64,000 nt of DNA from Clostridiales bacterium (GCA_015058145.1 SVCX01000001.1:76297-140296); one strand, 5' to 3'; shown: positions 11,214 through 19,280, counted from the first letter of the stretch. The notes: a model not told the origin generated them from the sequence alone. Made by a program: numbers and translations.

Positions 11214-12722
11214 ATGAAATGGATAAAACTTGCGGCAGCAGTATCGCTGTCCTTCTTATTTGCTGTGGGAAGCGTGCTTCCTGTTTTTGCTGTGGGCACT
11301 GTTGACGATACTACTGAGGAGGAAACCATTGTTGATACGTTCAGTACATTGTGGTTCGACAATCACCGGAACTCAAATGAGTTCGTAATATACACAGCTT
11401 CACAGCTTCAGGGACTTTCTTATCTTGTCGATGAAGGACATTTCGATGGGTTTGAGGCAAATCATCATGAAACCTTCAAAGGAAAGACCATAAAGTTAGG
11501 TCGCGATATCAGTATGCGCGACAGCTTCAAACCTATCGGCAACAGTGAAGATATCTGCTTCCAGGGCATATTTGATGGAAATGGACATACCATCACTCTC
11601 AACATCAGTGAAAACGGCGGATACACAGGATTATTTGGTTATCTGGGCGGTACTGTCACAAATCTGAAACTGAAAGGCAGCGTGAGGTCGACAGGCGCTG
11701 AATGCGGAGCTATCGCAGGCTATCTGGGGGATACCGGCGTCATCAGAAACTGCAAAACAGACGTTACTGTAACAGGCACAGCAAAAACCGGCGGCATTAC
11801 CGGACATAATAACAAAGGAACGGTTGTTGGTTGCGTGAACAACGGCAATGTCAAAGGCACCATAAAAATCGGAGGTATCGTTGGTGAAAACTGGGGGACT
11901 GTTCTGAAGTGCGGAAACAGAGGTACCGTTGAATCTTTGAAACGAGGCGCAACGACTTACGGTACAGGCGGTGTATGCGGTAGATCTGTTAGTTCGGACG
12001 CTTCCATTAGTAAATGCTTCAATACTGGAACCGTCATTTCGAAAACAGAGGGAACGGGCGGCATCTGTGGATATATGAATGCTAAAGGCTCGAAAATCCT
12101 TAGTTGTTATAACACTGGCGATATTAAAGTGAAAAACAGTTCACGTCTTGCGTCGGATGGTATTCGTGGATATGCGGGAGGACTCGTCGGTATAGCCGGT
12201 GTCAAAGGTCTGAAGATCAGAAATTGCTATAACACGGGTTCTATAGACAACTCAGATATATCCGGTGGAATTATCGGTGATTATCTAGACGAATCCAGAT
12301 TTACTGAGGATCCCTACATATCAAACAACTACTATCTGAACGTTACAGGCATCAAAGGAATCGGACGTGATTTTGAAGGCAATGCGAAAAACATTCGTGA
12401 TGGAACTGAAAAAATTGCGCCTGCAACACTGATGAGCTGCGCGAAAAAACTCGGAAGCGCCTATATGGAAAACGCGCATGCCTATTATGGCGCCGACGGA
12501 TTTCCCGTGCTCAAGTGGCAGAAAAAGCTTGGACAACTCAAAAAAACTCATTTGTCCTGTTTGTCATCAGAATTACAGACAAAATATGATCGGTATTTAA
12601 CCGAGCACCCTAAGTCAAAACGGGCTGAACGTCCTGTTATGATATTCTTTAACCATAGCGCATTTACAAGTCAGGCGATAGGAGATTTTCATGAACAAAA
12701 ACACAAATCAATTACTCATTGA
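11214..12722 (+). CDS. Secreted/surface protein with GLUG-like beta-helix repeats
   Basis: Signal peptide (MKWIK...PVFA), FDGNGHTI, GLFG, repeated GGIxG ... CxNxGxV/I units. Confidence 0.75.
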   Translation: MKWIKLAAAVSLSFLFAVGSVLPVFAVGTVDDTTEEETIVDTFSTLWFDNHRNSNEFVIYTASQLQGLSYLVDEGHFDGFEANHHETFKGKTIKLGRDISMRDSFKPIGNSEDICFQGIFDGNGHTITLNISENGGYTGLFGYLGGTVTNLKLKGSVRSTGAECGAIAGYLGDTGVIRNCKTDVTVTGTAKTGGITGHNNKGTVVGCVNNGNVKGTIKIGGIVGENWGTVLKCGNRGTVESLKRGATTYGTGGVCGRSVSSDASISKCFNTGTVISKTEGTGGICGYMNAKGSKILSCYNTGDIKVKNSSRLASDGIRGYAGGLVGIAGVKGLKIRNCYNTGSIDNSDISGGIIGDYLDESRFTEDPYISNNYYLNVTGIKGIGRDFEGNAKNIRDGTEKIAPATLMSCAKKLGSAYMENAHAYYGADGFPVLKWQKKLGQLKKTHLSCLSSELQTKYDRYLTEHPKSKRAERPVMIFFNHSAFTSQAIGDFHEQKHKSITH

Positions 12723-13968
12723 ACAATTTGGTATATCGGAAAAAGTACTGAATCTGGTTGATTCCTGCGAGCAGGAAGTGAGACCTTTATTTAATGAACT
12801 GGACGACATAATGACCTATAATCAGTATAAAGTGCTGGACGCCTTCCAGAAGAACAGCATCAGCGACAGACATTTCTCGTGGAATACGGGATATGGCTAT
12901 GATGATATGGGACGAGAAGCGACGGAGCGCTTATTTGCTGATGTATTTCATGCTGAAGCTGCACTGGTAAGACCGATCATCGTAAACGGCACTCACGCCT
13001 TGAGCCTTGCTCTCACAGGTGTTCTGCGCCCCGGAGATAAGATGATCTACAGCACCGGCGGCCCATACGATACCCTTGAAGAGACAATCGGCATTAGAGG
13101 CAAAGGCAAAGGCACTCTGATGGATTATGGCGTCAAATACGACCAGGTGGAGCTGAAAAGCGACGGAACCATCGATTTTGACGCACTGAAGAAAGCAATC
13201 ACGCCGGATACCCGAATGGTATGTCTCCAGCGCTCTACTGGATATGGTTGGAGAAAGGCCATTACAATCGATCAGATTGAGGAATGGGCTGCTTTTGTAC
13301 ATGGAATCAATCCGGACATCATCTGCATGACTGACAACTGCTACGGAGAGTTTTTGGACACGAAGGAGCCTACCGACGTCGGCGCAGACATTATGGCAGG
13401 GTCTCTGATCAAGAACCCAGGCGGCGGTCTTGCTCTGACGGGGGGATACATTGCAGGCAGAGAGGATCTCATTGAGAACGTCAGCTACCGTATGACTACG
13501 CCTGGAACTGCCGGCGAATGCGGACTTACATTCGGTCAGACCAGAACCATGCTGCAGGGACTGTTTATCGCACCTAAGACCGTCAACGGCGCTGTCAAAG
13601 GAGCTGTTCTGTGCGCGAAGGTATTTGAACGGCTTGGCTACGATGTCTGTCCGGGTTCTTCTGATAAGAGAAGCGACATTATACAGGCGATCAGGCTCGG
13701 AACAGCAGAGAAAGTTACTGCTTTCTGCAAAGGCGTTCAGGCAGCTGCGCCGATTGATGCGAATGTTACACCGGTTCCAATTCCGACCGGCGGATATGAA
13801 GATCCGGTCATTATGGCCGCGGGAGCCTTCATTCAGGGTTCTTCTATCGAACTTTCTGCCGATGCTCCTATGCGGGAACCTTACAACGTGTACTTCCAGG
13901 GCGGTCTGACTTACGAGCACTCAAAGTTTGGAGTCATAAAGGCATTGCAGGAATTAAGGGACATTTAG
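12691..13968 (+). CDS. Methionine gamma-lyase-like / aluminium resistance family PLP protein (YnbB-like)
   Basis: TGYGYDDMGR, ALVRP..GTHA, DNCYGEF, GSLIKNPGGG, VIMAAGAFIQGSSIELSADAP; usual neighbour of miaA. Confidence 0.92.
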   Translation: MNKNTNQLLIEQFGISEKVLNLVDSCEQEVRPLFNELDDIMTYNQYKVLDAFQKNSISDRHFSWNTGYGYDDMGREATERLFADVFHAEAALVRPIIVNGTHALSLALTGVLRPGDKMIYSTGGPYDTLEETIGIRGKGKGTLMDYGVKYDQVELKSDGTIDFDALKKAITPDTRMVCLQRSTGYGWRKAITIDQIEEWAAFVHGINPDIICMTDNCYGEFLDTKEPTDVGADIMAGSLIKNPGGGLALTGGYIAGREDLIENVSYRMTTPGTAGECGLTFGQTRTMLQGLFIAPKTVNGAVKGAVLCAKVFERLGYDVCPGSSDKRSDIIQAIRLGTAEKVTAFCKGVQAAAPIDANVTPVPIPTGGYEDPVIMAAGAFIQGSSIELSADAPMREPYNVYFQGGLTYEHSKFGVIKALQELRDI

Positions 13969-13970
13969 TC

Positions 13971-14717
13971 ATGAACAAAGGAATGGATCAACAGGAAAAG
14001 GAACAATATACAAAGAGTGTCAAAAGAATATCTTTGATATTGAAACTTGCCGCGCTTGCTGTGATCATAGTAGGCGTTCCTTTGTATATCTTTATCTTCC
14101 ATCATGAAATACTCGAGGATGCGTCGAATCTCAGAAACATTGAGCATTGGCTTCTGCAGTATAGAGGAAAAAGCGCTCTGGTCTATATAGGAGCGCAGAT
14201 TCTGCAGATAATAATCTGTGTTATTCCGGGTCAGGCGCTGCAGGTAGCTGCCGGATATCTATACGGATTCTGGCTGGCTTATGGATTGTCCATGATCGGC
14301 GCGCTCCTTGGGTCTGCCATCGTCTTCTACATAGCCCAGTTCCTCGGCCATGACGCAATGCACATCCTGTTCGGCGAACGTAAAGTCATGGAGATGCTTG
14401 ACAAGCTGAACAGCAAGAGAGGAATGCTTGCTGTATTTGTCATATTCCTGATACCGGGCATACCAAAGGACCTGTGCACCTACGCGGCAGGAATATCCAA
14501 GATGAAATTAAAGCCATTTCTGATTATTTCCCTTATTGCCAGATCACCGGGAATGATGTGCAGCATCGCGATAGGGAGGCAGATAATGCACGGAAACTAT
14601 CACAGCGCGATCATAATAGCTGTGATTGTCGTAATACTATTTATCATCGGTATTATTTTCAGAGAAAAGGTCTTCAAATTATTCGACGCTGTCTACGACA
14701 AACTCATCCAAATGTAA
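13971..14717 (+). CDS. TVP38/TMEM64 (VTT/DedA-like) membrane protein
   Basis: LQIIICVIPG, FLIPGIPKDL, YAAG, multiple hydrophobic segments. Confidence 0.88.
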   Translation: MNKGMDQQEKEQYTKSVKRISLILKLAALAVIIVGVPLYIFIFHHEILEDASNLRNIEHWLLQYRGKSALVYIGAQILQIIICVIPGQALQVAAGYLYGFWLAYGLSMIGALLGSAIVFYIAQFLGHDAMHILFGERKVMEMLDKLNSKRGMLAVFVIFLIPGIPKDLCTYAAGISKMKLKPFLIISLIARSPGMMCSIAIGRQIMHGNYHSAIIIAVIVVILFIIGIIFREKVFKLFDAVYDKLIQM

Positions 14718-14733
14718 CATTTCATTAAGAAAA

Positions 14734-14812
14734 GAAAATTTGTTCGTATTTTTCATTGACAACGAACATACATTCTGCTATTCTTTAGAAAACAAGAAAA
14801 GAACAAATGTTC
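14734..14812 (+). promoter_or_regulatory. SigA promoter of the yneA-like gene with three LexA (SOS) boxes
   Basis: TTGACA (14756-61), 17 bp, TGcTATTCT (-10 at 14779-84); boxes GAAAATTTGTTC (14734-45), GAACATACATTC (14764-75, in the spacer), perfect GAACAAATGTTC (14801-12). Confidence 0.85.
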
Positions 14813-14839
14813 AAAAGGGAAGGAAAGGAGAGCAGAGCA

Positions 14840-15154
14840 ATGAAGAAGACGAATAAGAAGTACAGAATCAAATCAAAATTCAGATTCATCGCATTCGTTG
14901 TTATAGTATTAGGTATCGCAGTCGGAGCGTTTGGATACATCACGGGAATGGATGTCTCGACAGCTCTGGAACAGCCGGGAGATCAGATTACAGTTGAAGT
15001 ATCTGCCGGTGACACAGTTTGGGATATCGCAGAACATGTCGCAAGTAAGGACACAGACATCAGAAAAGCAGTTTACGAAATCTGCCAGGCCAATGATCTT
15101 CAGGATGCAGAGATTCAGTCAGGAATGGTGCTGACGATTCCTGAAAATCTGTAG
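14840..15154 (+). CDS. yneA: LysM-domain SOS cell-division inhibitor, YneA-like
   Basis: Basic N-terminus, one TM helix, C-terminal LysM (VSAGDTVWDIA...IQSGMVLTIP); AAGGAG RBS; LexA boxes upstream. Confidence 0.8.
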   Translation: MKKTNKKYRIKSKFRFIAFVVIVLGIAVGAFGYITGMDVSTALEQPGDQITVEVSAGDTVWDIAEHVASKDTDIRKAVYEICQANDLQDAEIQSGMVLTIPENL

Positions 15155-15350
15155 CAGCCGATAGAGCGATTTCTGAAATAGAAATACAAGGATATATATA
15201 TCAAAAGGGGTTAAAAAAATCGCTTAAATCGAAAAATAGAGCGTCGTTATTTTGCCCAATATAAATAAAAAAGGGGTTGAAACCCTTGATACAAGCGGGT
15301 TTGGCTGAATCGGGCCATTCCCGCTGTTTTTCTATTGTTTTAGTCCCATC

Positions 15351-15378
15351 TCTTCCCAAAATTATGATTATCGGAAGA
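15351..15378. other. Putative chromosomal dif (Xer recombination) site
   Basis: TCTTCCCAAAA-TTATGA-TTATCGGAAGA: 11+6+11 imperfect inverted repeat resembling Firmicute dif sites, located at the gene-orientation switch. Confidence 0.75.
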
Positions 15379-15401
15379 GTTGTCTGCCTTCCGATCTAGT
15401 T

Positions 15402-16286
15402 TTATATCTCTTCTTCTATCATGTTCATGACGATTTTTTTCTGAGTGATTTCGTATGGCGTACGATGCTCCACTACATCTCTACAGTAATCCAGAGTCCT
15501 CTGAAGTTTGATTGCAAGATTAGAAACCTCTGTCAACACTTCTTGCTTCTCTGTTTTCACATCCAGTTCTATTCTGTCCGGATAAATCGTCATTCTTTTG
15601 ATTGCCCTATGCTTCTCATTCTCCAGCCTCTGCTTTTCTGTACTGTATTTTTCCGGGTTGAACAACATCTTGGAATTTCTGTCCTCTGCAACGTTCACTT
15701 CATCGCCCAACCTGATGATGGCAGCCAGATACGGCAGACAAGCTGTATTTCCGTTACCGAATGACAAAGTTAATGGGTACGCCTGTTCATCGTACAAATC
15801 CGCTTTTCTATGCCCTCTTGCTGTCTGCGCAATAGCAAACACATGTTCCTTTGTTGGAATATCAAAAATCTCATGGTATTTCTCAATAAAACAGGCTGAA
15901 AAATCATTATGAAAGGCGCGGATGACTTCTCTTTCAGTTATATTATCATGGGTTTCGAAATAATCGCCGAAATCGATGTGTTCTAAAAACTCTTCATAAT
16001 CCTTTACAAATAAACCCATTCCTATATCATGCAGGTAACAGGCCATGAGAAGAATATACAGTTCATCAGCATTCATCTCCATAATCCGCTTCTCACCCAT
16101 CAGATTGTTGCAGTATTCAATGACTGCCATGGAATGGGTCTCCGCATGGTCCGTATATTCCGGAAAATACACAAGATACCGGGACAGAACATGACGCAAC
16201 GCAAAAAGTGAATCGGATACACGCCTATGCAGACCTGGATCCAACTCCATAAGTCTCTTTTCCATGAGATAATCGTTACCAGTCAC
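15402..16286 (-). CDS. HD-superfamily phosphohydrolase (stand-alone, HD-CE-like)
   Basis: FPEYTDHAETHS, MACYLHDIGM, RAFH, ARGH, LAAIIRLGDE; GTG start with AAGGAG RBS. Confidence 0.75.
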   Translation of the reverse strand: MTGNDYLMEKRLMELDPGLHRRVSDSLFALRHVLSRYLVYFPEYTDHAETHSMAVIEYCNNLMGEKRIMEMNADELYILLMACYLHDIGMGLFVKDYEEFLEHIDFGDYFETHDNITEREVIRAFHNDFSACFIEKYHEIFDIPTKEHVFAIAQTARGHRKADLYDEQAYPLTLSFGNGNTACLPYLAAIIRLGDEVNVAEDRNSKMLFNPEKYSTEKQRLENEKHRAIKRMTIYPDRIELDVKTEKQEVLTEVSNLAIKLQRTLDYCRDVVEHRTPYEITQKKIVMNMIEEEI

Positions 16287-16291
16287 GTGAT

Positions 16292-16759
16292 TCAGTCTCC
16301 TTTGATCGATAGTTTTACTAGAACGACTCCGGCTACCAGAAACATAATACCCAGAATTTTTACCCAGTTGATCGGTTCATGGTCGATACCGAACCAGCCG
16401 TAGTGAGCTGTCAGTGTCGCTACAATCATCTGAACCGATACTGTGATCGATGCTGTCATGACTGGACCTATCTTGGTGATGCAAAAAACAGTGAACGCTA
16501 ATATGATGATTCCGCAGATACCTGCAAGAATGTAGTATTTCGGAATCTGCGTTGCGCCTCCACCGCGCAAAGTCGCAAATCTGTCATTTAAGAAGCAGAT
16601 ACATAGAACAATAGAAATGGATACAGAAAGACTGCACAGAGCGGCATACCACATACTACCCGTAAATTTCGCCACCGTTGTGTTAAATATCGGCTGTATC
16701 GCCAGACATGTTCCAATTAATACTGCCAGAAAAATCGGCACGACATATTTCATTACCAT
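16292..16759 (-). CDS. Small DMT-superfamily transporter (YdcZ/DUF606-like)
   Basis: ~155 aa, 5 TM; G..LAIQ..N, PKYYILAGICG, KIG...Q...HYGWFG. Confidence 0.8.
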   Translation of the reverse strand: MVMKYVVPIFLAVLIGTCLAIQPIFNTTVAKFTGSMWYAALCSLSVSISIVLCICFLNDRFATLRGGGATQIPKYYILAGICGIIILAFTVFCITKIGPVMTASITVSVQMIVATLTAHYGWFGIDHEPINWVKILGIMFLVAGVVLVKLSIKGD

Positions 16760-16763
16760 TGAT

Positions 16764-17459
16764 TTAGTCCATATATAATTCAGCAATTAAACCGTGTTCT
16801 CCAACACGTCTTCCTCCAAAGGCTTCCGCCTTCCGGACAGGTTCCCCCATAGGCTCATCTCCTGTAACGGCGCCTATCCCGATCACCATTGCGAGACCGG
16901 ATGGCGTAACCATCTCCCCTTCATACTCTGTCTGACGATAAACGAGATTGCAATTATCCAGCATCGCCCTCACAGCAGGAACCGGTACCTCTAGTATACC
17001 ATGTGCGCATTGTACTGTGCCGTGTCCGTCGCATATTTCAGATACTGTGATATGATCAGCTCGCAGCGCATTGATACATAAAGCAACACCAAGTACGTTG
17101 GCGATGGCCTGATCACGACCGACTTCATGAAAATGCAATTCTTCCAGAGAATCCCCATGAACGGCAGACTCTGCTTTCGCGATGACAGCATATATTTGTT
17201 GGGCTACTGCCTTGACCTCGTTATCGATATCTGCAGCATCGATAATGTTCTTTACCTCATTGTAGCTGCGGTGAAAATGACTGTGTTCATGCTCATGATG
17301 ATGTTCATGGTTGTGGTGAGTATGCGCATGCCCAATTTCATGGCTGATACGGTTTATTTCTGAATGAACAGCCTGTGGATCATCTGTAAGGTCCGTCAAA
17401 GCATTCAAAACCATATCCCCGCTTACGCCATTTTCACAGTGCAAATAGATTGTCTTCAT
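16764..17459 (-). CDS. larC: LarC (DUF111) N-terminal domain paralog with His-rich tract
   Basis: YLHCENGVSGDM, HAHTHHNHEHHHEHEHSHFHR, AESAVHG, HFHEVG, CAHGILEVPVPA, EMVTPSG; no C-terminal LarC2 domain. Confidence 0.82.
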   Translation of the reverse strand: MKTIYLHCENGVSGDMVLNALTDLTDDPQAVHSEINRISHEIGHAHTHHNHEHHHEHEHSHFHRSYNEVKNIIDAADIDNEVKAVAQQIYAVIAKAESAVHGDSLEELHFHEVGRDQAIANVLGVALCINALRADHITVSEICDGHGTVQCAHGILEVPVPAVRAMLDNCNLVYRQTEYEGEMVTPSGLAMVIGIGAVTGDEPMGEPVRKAEAFGGRRVGEHGLIAELYMD

Positions 17460-17465
17460 TATCTT

Positions 17466-18242
17466 TTATCTCCGTTCATTCGTTTCTGTTATCATCATTG
17501 TCATCGGCGGAAGCCCTGTGTTCCGTTTGCCGACGCCCCTGCCGATATGTACAATATCTGCATTATTCCAGTTGTTATCAAAATCAGTATCGTCCAGAAA
17601 ACTGTCAACGATGCCAGCTAATATCGCGGCTCCTGTCGGCGTCAGCAGTTCATGCTTCACGTCAGATCGATAATGCGGCAGTCTGGTATCTTTCAATATT
17701 GCAGTCGTGGCCGGAGCGGGAACAGGAAGCGTACCGCATGCGCATTCAATGGTCCCGAATCCTGTTGGAACGTGTGTTGATATCACACTTTCAGCGCCAA
17801 CATAATCCAGACAGATTGCTGTTCCAACCACATCCACAATGGAATCCACAGCGCCTACTTCATGGAACTGGACCTCATCAACCAGCACGCCGTGGGCTTC
17901 TGATTCAGCCTGTGCCTTGATATCGAAGATTCGGCGGCTTAGTTTCTTCACGTTGGAAGAAAAATCAGTACGCTCAATCATCGCCTTGATTTCTCCATAA
18001 TTGCGGTATTTGCCGCTGTATGGATGAATCCAGGCGTGTTCTTTATTATAAAGGATCACATCGACGTCCGTCACAGGTAATCCATCGTATTCTTTTTCTG
18101 TTACTGACAACTCGAACTCGTTGAGTCCAAGACTGGCCAGCCCTTCTTCCAGAACGTTTAAGGGAACACCAAGTGACAGCATCGCTCCCAGTGTCATGTC
18201 CCCGCTTGCTCCGGATCTGCAATCGATATATAGGTTTTTCAT
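17466..18242 (-). CDS. larC: LarC (DUF111) N-terminal domain paralog without His tract
   Basis: YIDCRSGASGDMTLGA, AESEAHG, FHEVGAVDSIVDVVG, LPVPAPAT, ELLTPTGAAIL, GRGVG; no LarC2 domain. Confidence 0.85.
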   Translation of the reverse strand: MKNLYIDCRSGASGDMTLGAMLSLGVPLNVLEEGLASLGLNEFELSVTEKEYDGLPVTDVDVILYNKEHAWIHPYSGKYRNYGEIKAMIERTDFSSNVKKLSRRIFDIKAQAESEAHGVLVDEVQFHEVGAVDSIVDVVGTAICLDYVGAESVISTHVPTGFGTIECACGTLPVPAPATTAILKDTRLPHYRSDVKHELLTPTGAAILAGIVDSFLDDTDFDNNWNNADIVHIGRGVGKRNTGLPPMTMMITETNERR

Positions 18243-18249
18243 CGCTTTA

Positions 18250-18279
18250 ATTGTATGATTTATTGATTTGAACTGTCAA
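18250..18279 (-). promoter_or_regulatory. Probable SigA promoter of the larC-larC-DMT-HD operon
   Basis: TTGACA (18279-74), 18 bp, TACAAT (18255-50), only 7 nt before the ATG. Confidence 0.55.
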
Positions 18280-18280
18280 G

Positions 18281-18324
18281 AAAAAGGAGCACGGGAGGTA
18301 TGACGTCCTCCCCTGCCCCTTTTC
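18281..18324 (-). terminator. Intrinsic terminator after the 3-hydroxyacid dehydrogenase gene
   Basis: Imperfect GC-rich stem ggagcacgggagg / cctcccctgcccc flanked by A/T runs. Confidence 0.6.
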
Positions 18325-18338
18325 TATGTATAAGTGTT

Positions 18339-19280
18339 TTATAGCCTGTCTAATGCTTTTGCAACTTTAATGAGCCCTTCGGTCAGGTTCTTCCTTGAAG
18401 CTGCTATTTCTTCTTCCGTCCATTCCTGGAAGCCTTTGCCTGTCTTGAATCCCAGGTCTCCTTTTTCGACCTTTTCAACAAGCAGCTTGGAAGGCTCCGT
18501 TGAGTTTTCGATATGTGGGAAGAGATATTTGTGAATGGAATAAGTAAGATCTACGCCGGCGTTATCGATGACTTCCATTGGAGCCATAACGCCAAGACGC
18601 ATACCGAATCCGTACTTGATCGCATCATCAACATCCTTCGCGTCCGCAATGCCATTCTCAACGATGGAGATGGCTTCTCTGAAGAGCGCATGCTGCAGTC
18701 TGTTGGCCAGGAATCCCGGTACGTCTTTCTTGACCAGAACCGGCTTCTTTCCTGCTCCTTCAAGGAGTTCAAACATTGCTTTCTCTGTCTCTTCGGAAAC
18801 ATACTTGGTACGGATCACTTCTACAAGAGGAATCAGATATGCCGGATTCCAGTAATGTGTTCCGATGATTCTGTCCTTGTGAACAGATTTTTCAGCGATT
18901 TCCGTGATGCTGATTGCCGACGTGTTGGATGCGAGGATTGTCGATGGCGGACAAAGCTCATCCAGCGTCTTGAAGTAATCCTGCTTCACAGCCAGGTTTT
19001 CAACGATGCACTCGAAGATAACGTCTGCAAATTCCGCTGCTTCCTTCAGATCTTCTGTAAAGCTCACGTTATTGATTGTCTCCTCGATCTGTGCCTCGTC
19101 GATGACGCCCTGGTCAACCAGGACCTGTAAATTGCTGCGCATCGTTTCTACTGGTTTCGCTCTGACTTTGTCATCGTAGACATAGATCAGCATGACCTTG
19201 TGGCCCTTTGATGCAAAGAGCTGAGCAATACCGGTACCCATCATACCTGCGCCTAAAACAGCAACATTTTTCTTTGCCAT
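18339..19280 (-). CDS. 3-hydroxyacyl-CoA dehydrogenase family protein (possibly acting on a free 3-hydroxy acid)
   Basis: VLGAGMMGTGIA, ECIVENL..K, ASNTS, GTHYWNP, GFLANRLQHAL, LGFKTGKGF. Confidence 0.88.
   Translation of the reverse strand: MAKKNVAVLGAGMMGTGIAQLFASKGHKVMLIYVYDDKVRAKPVETMRSNLQVLVDQGVIDEAQIEETINNVSFTEDLKEAAEFADVIFECIVENLAVKQDYFKTLDELCPPSTILASNTSAISITEIAEKSVHKDRIIGTHYWNPAYLIPLVEVIRTKYVSEETEKAMFELLEGAGKKPVLVKKDVPGFLANRLQHALFREAISIVENGIADAKDVDDAIKYGFGMRLGVMAPMEVIDNAGVDLTYSIHKYLFPHIENSTEPSKLLVEKVEKGDLGFKTGKGFQEWTEEEIAASRKNLTEGLIKVAKALDRL

Noticed and set aside
10077-12722. Tyrosine recombinase plus surface-protein gene as a prophage or ICE
   Set aside because: No att repeats, excisionase, phage or conjugation genes; the recombinase is operonic with miaA and close to a dif-like site.
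16292-17470. Programmed frameshift to a LarC2 domain
   Set aside because: The sequence after each larC stop is occupied by the next gene, and no LarC2-like reading frame is visible.
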